Made by a program: the position numbers and the translations under genes. The notes below the pieces were generated by a model. It saw only the letters and a list, made by a program, of their open reading frames with translations. It did not search any database and was not told the origin of the DNA. A DNA stretch of 63,896 nt, counting the filler, from Folioceros fuciformis (Eukaryota): the NCBI GenBank assembly GCA_049999805.1. It is 6 parts of 6 records of this genome, joined end to end, with 100 filler letters (N's around TTAATTAATTAA, not from the genome) between each part and the next. Parts side by side here need not be neighbours in the genome. Positions count along the whole stretch, not along the records: positions 1 to 23,689 come from JBNGIO010004075.1; positions 23,790 to 31,810 come from JBNGIO010004079.1; positions 31,911 to 38,377 come from JBNGIO010004080.1; 3 more parts are not named here. The stretch is one strand, 5' to 3'. This document shows positions 22,501 to 33,048 of this stretch, piece after piece. Within the stretch, counting starts at the first letter, position 1. Each line of letters starts with the position of its first letter.

Positions 22501-23689
22501 GCTCCTCCCAAGGATTGTGTTTGCAGTTTACCAGAGATGTCGGCATGCACTAGATCTAACAGCCCTAAAGTTCTGTAGGCATGTTGTGGAAACAGCTTCT
22601 CCTTCTGTTTGGCCAACAAACATGCTTTGCATATGGGTAAGTCCTTAAAGCAAGAAGGTAGAGGCTCAACATAGCAGTCGTGTGTCGACATCTTAATGAG
22701 TGATTTTTTATTGACATGTCCAAGGCTGGCATGCCATAACTTGGCTTGTTCGCTGGCAGGTAGATATGTTGGTGAAGTTGATGTAATTATTGGTGCTGGA
22801 GATGAAGTCTCGCAGATCACATCCAAACTATATAGCTCCGAATCGGGGACACCTCGATCAATACACTGCTCTGATGAGGTACGTCGAAAAACTTCACATG
22901 TGGTGCCATGAAAACGAAACTCCAGATTGTGATGAATCGCCAAGAGCCTGACTGACAGCAGATTTTTGGCCATGCCAGGAACAAACACTACGCCTGGCAC
23001 ATTGAGAACTGAATTGTCAGTCATAACGAATCGACAAGTACCATAGCCTTTAATAGGTAAGCTTGTTGATTGTTGTTCATCTCCAAGCAGGACAGATTGT
23101 GTGGAATCTGTAAGTTCCTTGAAGCTGCGAAATAATTGCTGATCTTTGCAAATATGTGCTGTCGCACCAGAGTCCGGAAACCAGCTACTAGGATCACTCG
23201 AAGAAGAAGACAAGCAAATGGTAAGAATCTTCACCACTGCCTTGCCATTGTCATGTTGAGGTCTTTCCTTTGCGACTGAATTGACTTCAGGCTTGGGACG
23301 ACGGGGCTCGCCTGCCTTCTTTTTGCGGCAGTCCCTCTCCCAATGTCTTGGCACATCGCACCAATTACAGTTGCCTGGTTTCTTTGTAGATGGAGTGCCA
23401 GCAGGAGAGGTTTGTGGGCGAGAAGCAGGTCGTCCGCCTCCTCTGCCCCTCCCTCTCCCAAAACCTCCACAATGACGGCAGATATAGAGAACTCGATCAG
23501 TGCGCAGCTTGCTGGAGCCGCTCGAACTAATACAAAGTCGGCTTTGCTCCTCTTGATAAAGGGCAGCAATCACGGCCTCCAAGGAATAATTACGAGGGTG
23601 ACCAGCAGCAACATTCTGGCCAGCAATGGCCAAGGGACCATGTTGTAGAGATACAAAAGTCTGATATGATGGGGGGAGCGAGAGCAAAA
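19599..23689 (-). mobile_element. Ty1/copia LTR retrotransposon (decayed; 5' end lost in gap); 3' LTR at 19599-19779
   Basis: Gag zinc knuckle (CNWCDVPRHWERDC), protease (WFPDSGATAH), integrase (LDLVHAD, TDNGTEF), RT (AIYVDD) and RNase H (YTDADWA, TADILTKAL). PPT GGGAGGGTGAGGG followed by a TG...CA 181-bp LTR. Confidence 0.95.
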
Positions 23690-23789
23690 NNNNNNNNNNN
23701 NNNNNNNNNNNNNNNNNNNNNNNNNNNNNNNNNTTAATTAATTAANNNNNNNNNNNNNNNNNNNNNNNNNNNNNNNNNNNNNNNNNNNN
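23690..23789. other. Artificial scaffold spacer N44-TTAATTAATTAA-N44 (also at 31811-31910, 38378-38477, 52822-52921, 61117-61216)
   Basis: Identical 100-bp structure five times. The 12-mer has stop codons in all six frames. Confidence 0.97.
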
Positions 23790-24129
23790 GCGTGGTCCCG
23801 ATAAGATTAGCATTGTTAGTGGTGCCGCTCTTGCTGGTGATAATAGTGCAGTTTTCCTCGCAGTCGTCCTCCACGAAGGCCTCGAATGTCACATTCACCA
23901 CCTCCCCCCCGGCATTGCAGGTGATTCCCTTGAAGACGCAACAGTTCCCGCTGCTGGTCCAGGACTCCAACTGGTTCCCATTGTCATTCAGCCCGGCCTT
24001 GAACGCTAGCAGCCCGGCCCGATCCCGCGGCACGCACAGCGGAGTGGCAGCCCAGGTCCCCGAGAAACTGAGCAGCACGAGCGCAAGCACCGTCACCAGC
24101 TGCAGTTTCTGCGTTCTGCCCGTCCCCAT
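23790..24129 (-). CDS. LRR receptor-like protein, N-terminal part (signal peptide + LRRNT_2), cut by gap
   Basis: MGTGRT...LALVLLSFSGTWA then CVPRDRAGLLAFKAGL..QLESW..GNCCVFKGITC. Close paralog of the 26251-29605 gene. Confidence 0.9.
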
Positions 24130-26250
24130 GGCTACCTGGCAGAAGGCACCCGCTCTGGCCTGCCTGCCCTTACCGGATCAGATGCGATTCAAGATACGAA
24201 TCAGTCACAGGAACGAAACGAGATGAGTGCCTGAGGGGAAAACGAAGATGGAGATGGAGATGGACGGGGGGTTTGTCAGGAGGTGTGGCGGTGGAGGAGA
24301 GGAGAGGAGAGGAGAGGAGGAAGATGGTTCATTTGAAGATCGCAGAGCGAAGCAGATAAATACCTTGCTCCGTCTCTGGCTGGCAGAAGCATGAAGGAGG
24401 AAGCTGCAGTTGTGGTGGCATCACTGGCATGTTGCCGCTTGAGTCCACCCAACGGTTGCACCTGAGTTGCGTCCTGTACCGGCTGGCGACGACCGGTTAC
24501 CCGGATCACCCTTATCCTGAATTTGGGCTAGGGCCCGGTCAAAGTCGGAGGCCGCGTGGGCCGGAGGCGGGCCATGGGCCCATTCTCTTCCACCACGAGG
24601 ACACGTGTACGCCGGACACGCTGGAGCATCCCTGGCTCCAGCACAGGTCATGAGCTCACCTGTAAGCCACCCCGACCGTACAAGTTGCGCCACCGCAACT
24701 TGTGCCCTCCTTAGTACAGTTGTCAGTCCCCCATGGCAGCAATCCTTGCACCTTCGCTCCCGAAGCGCCGCCTCTGCAATGTGCAGCACGTTTTCTCTCA
24801 AGCTTAAAAGCGGCGTAAGGAGTTTAATCGACATAGAGTAAAAACAGAGGGAAAGATACATAGTAAGGGCCCGAGAAGCTGCAGATGAGGCGACAGGAGC
24901 GAGAACTGCTCATCCCACCAGCGTCGGGGAGTTGAGCAGAGTCGACTCCGGGTGGAGCACGTTTCATGCGCCGTGCACCATATATGCTGCACACATGTGT
25001 TAATTCCTTGTGAGCGTTTTGTTCTTGCTCTTATCTTGATTCGTGTGACGATGGATCGTGTCGTGTCTTGTCGTGTTTTGTGAGTGGGACTTGTCGTCTT
25101 GCCTTCCCCGCCTAACCTGCGCTTTTCTTGTTGGTGGTGTAGTTTTATCTATCCCGCAGAGATCTGGCCAGCTACTGTACTGTGTGGCGGTGGAGTTTTA
25201 TTATCTATCCAGCAGAGGTTTGGGCCGCAGCGAGCTGTACGAATCGGGTACCCTCGTCAGCAAGCTTTTGGAGTTCCAGACGCTCCCAACCAGCTCTGCT
25301 CTGAGGCTGTGGTAGCGGGCCGCGAATGGTATTTTATCTGATCACGAGTCTTGGAAGGGCTGGGTACGAACCGACAGATGAACACAGTCCCGTTGGAACA
25401 GTACATACACGAGACCAAGGTTACGTCAACCGACCAGATGTTGGCCTGGCTCACAGGCTGGGATGCGGGATCTGCACTGTTTGTTCCTGTGTCTGGATGC
25501 AGCAAACAGCAGGCTGATGAGGGACGACGACGGGAACCTGGACCCCAACCTTCCACCACCGGGGTGGGTCATGGCTGTAGCAATGATAGGTGGTGGTGCT
25601 GGTAGCCACAAACTCGTCAGCTGCAAAAAGGAGGTCGAGAGAGCACGCCTTGGAAGGCGTGTTCTACCGACTTACTTTCCCGTACCTGGGAAAGGATAGC
25701 TACAGCGTCCAGCTATCCGTAGATGTTGGCAGTGGATGATGTAGAGCTGCAGCCCATTGCACTGATCATGCCAGGCGTAGGTGGATGAATGAATGTACGA
25801 TGTCATACAGTACTGCACCTTGATTAGGCCGGGCTTACACTAGGGTGGTCATGACCACCCTGTCAGGACCAGCAATTCCAGCAATTGACTCCAGCAATTC
25901 CTTTTGCAAAGCCATTGCTGCGGTAGATATGAATGTCCGCAGGGAAGAGAACAAATCTCCAGAGCATACAACACACTCAGAGCTAATAAAATCTTCTCTC
26001 TACGGCCATTCTACAGTGTTGCCGATTCTGTGTCCTCGCGGCTATCACTGTCCATGCTCGTCCATCACTGCAGGAATTTGGTGAGCCATCTCACGCTCCT
26101 CCCTTCCATGTAGAAGTTTTCTCGACGTTGTGGCACTGACAACCCGGTCATTGTGTAAAAACCCCACCCGTATGTGACAGATCAGTACACAAGTGCAGGT
26201 TTCCGGGAAGAGAGTTGGTAATTATTACGTGTGTGTGAATGAGGCCAGGA

Positions 26251-29200
26251 CTAGGAGCATTTGTTGGGAAGAGGGACGCCGCAGAGGCCGGAGTTGCCAG
26301 TGAAATCAGTGGCTGGGAATCTGTGGAGTTGAGAGGGAATGGGGCCTGACAACACGTTGTAGGACAGGTTCAGGGCCTGGAGGTCGGTGATTTGTGCGAT
26401 GGCGGCGGGGACAGAGCCCGAGAACTGGTTGTAAGACATGTCCAGGATGTGCAGCCCCTTGAGGTTCCCCACGGAGCGATGGATCGGCCCCGTCAACCGG
26501 TTCCACGACAGTACCAGGGCAGAGGTGGCGGAGAAGGGGTACTGGATGTCCCTTCGGAAGTCGCTGCTTTCCGGAACGTAGTAGCCCAGGGTGTAGGTAG
26601 GGGCTCCGGCAGCGTAGGATGCTGCGCTGCCTGCGACTGCCAAGCCAGTGAAGCCTGACACCATCTGCTGGAGTGGCAGATAACCTCCGAGAGCGTTGCT
26701 GCTGAGGTCCACAATTTTGATGGCGCTCAAACTGCTCAAGGACGCCGGCACGCTACCTGAAATGTTGTTGAAGCTCAAGTCCAGAACTTGAAGGCCCTGA
26801 GATGCAGTATCCGGGGTGAGGGGTTGTGAAAAGGCAAGGAGGAGGAGACGAGGGTTTCGGAGGAAATGGGTACCGTGAAGGAGGTGATGGCGGCAGGAAT
26901 CTGGCCGGACAGATGGTTCCCGCTCGCATCGTACACCAACAGCTGAGTGCAGGAAGTCAAGTCCACTCCGCTGGGAAGAACGGACCCTGAGAGCTTGTTG
27001 TTTTCCAAGACGAGAGCCTGCAGCCCGCCGCAGGCAGCACTGAAGTCGGGGATGGGTCCTGCCAGATTGTTGTTTCCCAGCTTCAGTATCTGCAAGGACG
27101 GGAAGTTCGTGAACAGAGAAGCAGGGGTAGAGCCGCCGAGCAGATTGTTGGACAGATCGATGTAGTTGAGTTCATTCCTCCTGACTGTGATTGCAGGGAT
27201 TGCCCCCGTCAGTTTGTTGTTGTTCAGAATGATGAAGTTCAGTTTTGTGGACTGGCTGTCGAAGATGTCAGGGGGGATGAGACCGCTGAGCTGGTTGTCA
27301 GCAAAGTTGAGTCCCCGTAGGACTACCTGTCCCCCGAAGCCGACTGGGATGGAGCCCGTGAATTGATTCTGGTGCAGGTCCAGGTAGTAGAGCAAAAGGA
27401 TTTGCGAAAAAGCCTGGGGAATCGTCCCTGTCAATGCATTCGCTGAGGCGTTGATGTAGGCCGCCAGCATCCGTGTGCCGTTGATTACAGGCAGCTGGGT
27501 GAGGTGGTTGTCGGATATGTCGATGGAGAGGGAGTTGTAGATCTGGAACACCCATGCAGGCACGGGACCTGCGAGAGCCGGGAACTTCATCATCACACTA
27601 CGTCTACACATCAATCCAGACATGCCCTTCCTTTAATTTTCCAAAAGCAAGAAGCCTAACAGAAAAAGAAACCGGCAAACCATGTGCCTCGTGCGCAACA
27701 ACACACCTGTAAACTGGTTGGAGTGCACATCAAAGCTCTGCACATTCAGCCCTTTGGCGCCGTCATCCGGAATGCTGCCAGTGCCCAAGCTGGTGAGCTT
27801 GTTGTGGCTGAGTGTGATGTGTGTGGCCCCCCACAGTGACGGCGGGTTCACGGCTCCCGTGAGCTGGTTGTGGGACAGGTCAAGGGAGCGGTCGCCTTCG
27901 GTGATTGCAAACCCGAGGTTTTGCGGAATGTCACCACTCAGCTTGTTTCGGGACAAGTCGAGCAGGGCCAGGTGCAGATGGGACAGCGAGCAAGGAATAA
28001 CTCCTGCATTTGAACATCCAACTTGTAAGCTTCCAGCATGTTGCAGAAGAAATTTAAAACAACTTTGACAGGCAGGTAGATGTGATACAATGTCCTTGAA
28101 TTCCAGTACCTGTGAGGAGGTTGTTTCCGGCGACGAAGGTGAGCAGGGCCTTGTCAGCACCTCCAAGAGACGCAGGAATGGGTCCGCTCAATCTGTTGTT
28201 GTCCAAGGCGAGGTTGACAAGAAGTCCGTTTGCTCCCAGAATAGCTGGAATAGGTCCAGTGAGCTGGTTGTCGCTCAACAACAGATCTGTCAGCGGCAGG
28301 CTGGCCAAAGACCTTGGAATGCTGCCGGATAAGGATGCGCCTCGGAGAACCAGAACCTGCACAAATTGAACAGGAAAAGAGCAGAAATTAATCCGGGACC
28401 CAACAATTAGGAAACTCGTAGTACGCCGCAAGCCATCAATGCTGGACAGCAGGGCTGTGCTGCTGACGTTGTCATTGCACACGATTGGTTTGTTCGAGAA
28501 GAATTTGCATATACCTGCAATTTGGTAAGTAGTCCGAGAGAGGCAGGAATGGTTCCTGCCAACGGGCTCCTTTGGAACAATCCCTGGCTGTCATAAAGCC
28601 CTCCGATCCGCAATTCCCTGAGGGAAAAAAGGTTCTTGAAGGACGCAGGGATGGAGCCGCTGAATCGGTGCCCTTCCAAGTACAGCTTCTCCAGCGACGG
28701 GAACTCCCCGGGGTTGATGAGCGGAAGAGCGCCGCTGAGTCCAGCGTTGGGCAGCGTCAANNNNNNNNNNNNNNNNNNNNNNNNNNNNNNNNNNNNNNNN
28801 NNNNNNNNNNNNNNNNNNNNNNNNNNNNNNNNNNNNNNNNNNNNNNNNNNNNNNNNNNNNTCTTGAGCTGCTTCAGCCCGTCCGGAATCCTCCCGTTGAA
28901 GGGCGCGAACTCCAAGTCCAGCACCTGGAGCTGCGTGAGCTGCGCGAAGCAGGCGGGGATGTCGCTGGCCGTGCTGCCGTCTCCTAACCCGATGCCGGAC
29001 AGGTCCAGCGTCTGCAGGTTCCTGAGCTTGCACAGGGACTGCGGCAGCGGGAGCGAGATGTATGAGCTCCCGTCGAACGACAAATACTCTAGCGACACAA
29101 TGTTCCCGATGTCGGACGAGACGGGGCCCTGGAGATCGGCTCCCAGCAGCGACAGCACCTGGAGGGTCTTGATGGCGCTCAGGCCCGTCGGGGTGACGTC

Positions 29201-29605
29201 GTGCAGCAGGAAATTGGTGAGATTGAGCACCCGCAGCGCCAGGAGACGGCACAGCGTGGTGCCGACCAGGTTGGCCGAATTCGGGTTCCCGTACTTGCTC
29301 TGCACGCTTTCGCAGGGCTCCTCCTCGCATCCGTCGTCGATCACCGCCTCGAACGTCACATTCACCACCTGCCCCGTGTCGTCGCAGGTGACCCCCTTGA
29401 ATGCGCAGCAGTTCCCGCTGCTGTCCCATGTCGCCAGCTGCCCGCCGTAATCCAGCAGCCCGGCCTTGAACGCCAGCAACGCGTTCTTGTCTCGCTGCAC
29501 GCACTCCGGGACTGCAGCGTCCGCACCGCTACCGCTACCCTTACCACCCCCCACAATCAGCAGCAGCAGGAGCGTCACGCTCCGGAATGGAAGAAGCCCT
29601 GGCAT
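26251..29605 (-). CDS. Large multi-exon extracellular LRR protein (RLP-like, island domain, no TM segment)
   Basis: Signal peptide, LRRNT cap (CVQRDKNALLAFK...NCCAFKGVTC), many LxxLxLxxNxLxGxIP repeats and an island (GFTGLAVAG...YTLGYYVP...). It ends FTGNSGLCGVPLPNKCS*. GT-AG introns include 26873-26798. Internal 100-N gap. Confidence 0.9.
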
Positions 29606-30418
29606 CCTGTTGGCCGTTTGTCTACTATCGCCCACAAACACCCCTTCTCGCGTGCTAAACGGATTGCATTGCGGAGGACGAAGCGCGGGACAGAAGGAGT
29701 CACCGTGACCGGATTCAGGAAGTGGAGCAATTGCAAGAGGAGTCGCCAACAGCAGCACAGCGCGTCTTTCACGCCCGCCATCAATCCACGGACAAGACAT
29801 TTCTCACGCCTCCCGATGTGTGCATTCTCCCCAATCTGTGGCCTGGCAGTGAAGCGCCATCTTCTCTTTGCTGGGAGGGTTCACCTCAATGGCCTCGCCA
29901 GAAAAGAAAGCCTGCCAGTGCGTCGGGCATCGTCTTCATTCCCAGGTTGCCGGGAACGAGTCGGGGACATCCATGGCCAGGGACTATGGCATGACGACAC
30001 ATCACATGCATCTCATTTCTCCCGCTGTCAGGAGATTTTGTACTGTTTTGGATTTTGTGGTGGATTCCCGGGAGAGACGAGCAGCCCGACGCGTTCGGAG
30101 CACCTGTACTGTATCATACCACACCAGCCGTTAGCCTCGGGAACATTTTTCTCCGTAATATGATTCATATATTTCAATTTAAAAATGTATTTCTTAATTT
30201 TATATGAAAAAGAAACTACGCGAATCAAATCAGTGACCGGTACATGCCTCCACAAAATCAACCATGCAAAATCAATCAAGTTTGGCATTTCGTTTGAAGC
30301 GCTCGTTATTCAGCCGCGTTTAGCGTTTCATTCTACTCACTTTTCATTAAGTGGTATCTCATATTCTATTAGTCTTTGTATGTGCTTGAACTTTAACTAC
30401 ACAGTTAGCTTTCCTCAC

Positions 30419-30640
30419 CCGCGTTCCTCAGGCCAAAGCCTCGAAAGCCTGGAGCCCTTTCCACACCTACATTCGTTTGGCCAAAGTCATGAAGCTTGGA
30501 TCTATTTCCTTGCCCGCGTTCCTCTGGCCAAAGTCTCAAGGCTTGGACCTTTTTTCTTGTCCGCATTCCTCTAGCCAAAGCCTTGAAGCCTTTCCATTGC
30601 CCGGGTTATTTAGGCGAAAGCGTTGACGCTTGGAAGCTTT
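30419..30640. repeat. Degenerate ~45-50-bp tandem repeat (~5 copies)
   Basis: Recurrent CGCGTTCCTC..GCCAAAG....AAGC(T/C)TGGA. Confidence 0.75.
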
Positions 30641-31319
30641 TGCAGGTTGTAGCTAGACTGTAGTTTCCAGGCATTGGAGCTGGACTGTAATAATTTGCAA
30701 GTGCCTATTGTTGTAGCATTGGCTGTGCCCGCTATTTGGCCATCGTTGGACCTCAATAGTCGTGAAAATTATTAAGAGTATGGACTCTTGGGTTTGGAAT
30801 GTGCATATGAGTTCATTGTGGTTGGCTTCCCTTGCTACCATGCTTGTGCCACAGTATGATTATCAACATTGCAACAAACCAAGGTGTTGGTTCGGTGATT
30901 GCAGTTAACCATTGTGCAGATTGAGCCCTCCCAGCAAACAATTGTGCACACTCAGCCCTAATAGCGGACAATTATACTATCCTCTGCTCTACGATCTGCC
31001 ATTGCCTTCCTAATGTTTGAGGTATTTTGTTGTTGCCATGAAAAATCTCTCTTTCTCTCTTCTAATTTCTATTCTAATCAATTCATTGTTGCTCAGCTGA
31101 CAGGTCATGACTTGGTGATTTCAAGCATAGGCATGTGCTCAATTTTGATTTTCAAGAATTGCAGGCATCAACTCAAAATCAAAGAATAGTTAGCTTGGAC
31201 CCGGATGCTGCATTTGAGGGTTGCTCCTTTCTCATCCAATATCCCCCACCTAGTCCATGTGAGAACAGTCTTTACAGTGGACTGTAAGTACTTATACAAT
31301 TCTCTAGAAAATGGCTTCC

Positions 31320-31810
31320 ATTAAGTTGGCATACGTGTCATGGCAAACAGGAGAGATAATTTCTTGCAAGGAGAGCAGGATAACTGCATTTTTCCAACCA
31401 AGTTTATGAGTAGGGACCACTAGAAAGCTCCCTTACAGAGGATATACAAAGTCACAAACTCTAGCACTACAAAATACAGAAAGTATGAGTGTGCTTATGG
31501 GCCTAAGAATAACAAGCTAACTAGCAAGGAGTTCTTTTTAGACATGTCAAAACAACTCAAAGTCGGAAAACATAGTAGAAAGCACTTGCTTTGAAACAGT
31601 CGCCTTGCGAAGATGGATATGCCCACGGGGATGCATCCCCTTCATTTCGTGCATACCATACATGGGTAGGCATGATTACCGGCCATGTTTTGTGCATGTG
31701 AAGTTCACTTGGTTTGAAAGTGATGTGCTTGCTTATCTAATTTGTGGCCTCATTATCTACACATAAAAAATGATGGCCTAATTATAATAGATTCCTCTAC
31801 ATGACATGCA
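31320..31810 (+). pseudogene. Remnant of a MULE/SWIM-type transposase N-terminal domain (At4g13970/At1g60560-like)
   Basis: Fragments LAYVSW, DNFLQGEQDNCIFPTKF, YRKYECAYGPKN and LIIYT*K follow the family pattern DDFxxGE..PTRF...YxCSFGPxD...ALIIY. Cut by gap. Confidence 0.45.
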
Positions 31811-31910
31811 NNNNNNNNNNNNNNNNNNNNNNNNNNNNNNNNNNNNNNNNNNNNTTAATTAATTAANNNNNNNNNNNNNNNNNNNNNNNNNNNNNNNNNN
31901 NNNNNNNNNN

Positions 31911-33048
31911 TACACATGGATTAGGAACGGGGAAATCATAGAAGGTTCAGGATTGGGTCGGATCAGGTTCTGCCTCTCCTCATCCATCCGGACATATAAA
32001 ATCCGCCCCCAGTCGATCTTGGTACCCTACACTACTTCATGCACAAACAGGAGCGTCTGGTCGAACAGATAATCCTGTTTATGCACCCGGAAGAAGCTCA
32101 GGAACCACCTGGCCAATCCCAACAACTGGGGACTTGCCATGTCGCGCACCAGCCACCCGTTCGCTTCCTTTTTCGTGCCTGCCTTGAGCAACGTTTCCGC
32201 GGCTCCCATCCTGCCACTCTTCTTCAGGAACTCTAGCACCAGTCCCCCCTCCTCCTGTTGGTCGCACCCGTAGACCTTCCTAATCAACTCTAGGCTCGAT
32301 TCCTGGGGTCTGCCTCTGATCCCCTCCTCGCGTACAGGCTCTATCAGCCTCAGGGAGCACTCCCTGACCAACTAGGGTGCTGCATGGTTCCACTTCTGGG
32401 TCATAAAGCTCAGACCCCGCTCTGCCACCAACTTCCCTGCCCTGACCCTCCAGTGCTCCATATTGGGCCACAGGAGTAGGTCAATTCGGGGGACAGGAGG
32501 CCCCCCCTCCTGTCCAGAGGCTGCTGCTCCAAGGATTAGTTCAGGCCACGCCCTCATCCTGCCTGTCCTCCTCCTCTCACACCCTGCGCCGTCTCTCCCG
32601 TCGTCCTAGCGCTTTCCCCTCTTTCAGCCGCTTCACGCTTCAAGTTACTCCCGCTCCCCGTACTTTCGGATGCTGGACAGAGCTCCCCTTTTTCTAGGGT
32701 TTTTATACCCTGCCTGCTTTCTCCCCTTACGCCCGTCGAGCTACCTCCAGTCGTCCCTCCGCTAACGGTTGCCCTGCCGGCTACCGTTGCCCCGTCACCT
32801 CGGGCCCTTACTTTTGCCTACCTTAATGTTCTCAATGACCCGAGGGCCAAGGAGGCACTCGCTGCTTCCCCCTCCTTGTCCTGATCTCCCGTACTCCCCA
32901 AACCTCGAAGCCCAAGGTGGACTTTGGGGGTAAACACCCCGGTCTTACTCGCTTACTAAGCCGATTCGCCTGTCCCTTCACAAAAGAACCACAACCTGCT
33001 CATTCCGTTGCTCAAAATGTGGGTTCCGAAAGTTTTTTTTCGTTCACA
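31911..33048 (-). mobile_element. Putative LTR-retroelement piece inserted in the copia 3' LTR, carrying a decayed accessory ORF (ATG 32557)
   Basis: Ends ...CGTTCACA exactly where copia LTR homology begins. Minus-strand TATAAAA at ~32707 is followed by one frame MRAWPEL...KWNHAAP*LVREC...VHEVV*GTKIDWGRILY, resembling retrotransposon-associated plant-transposon/PMD-like ORFs. Confidence 0.5.

Noticed and set aside
23734-23745. TTAATTAATTAA as a biological motif
   Set aside because: Always centred in N runs. It is an assembly linker.
24420-25700. GC-rich ORFs between the two LRR genes
   Set aside because: No family motif or consistent exon chain could be identified.
29201-30163. Long antisense/alternate-frame ORFs over LRR, PLATZ (40436-41287), kinase (50667-51329) and DAK 5' (57102-58007) regions
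   Set aside because: Shadow ORFs caused by high GC and codon bias of the real genes.
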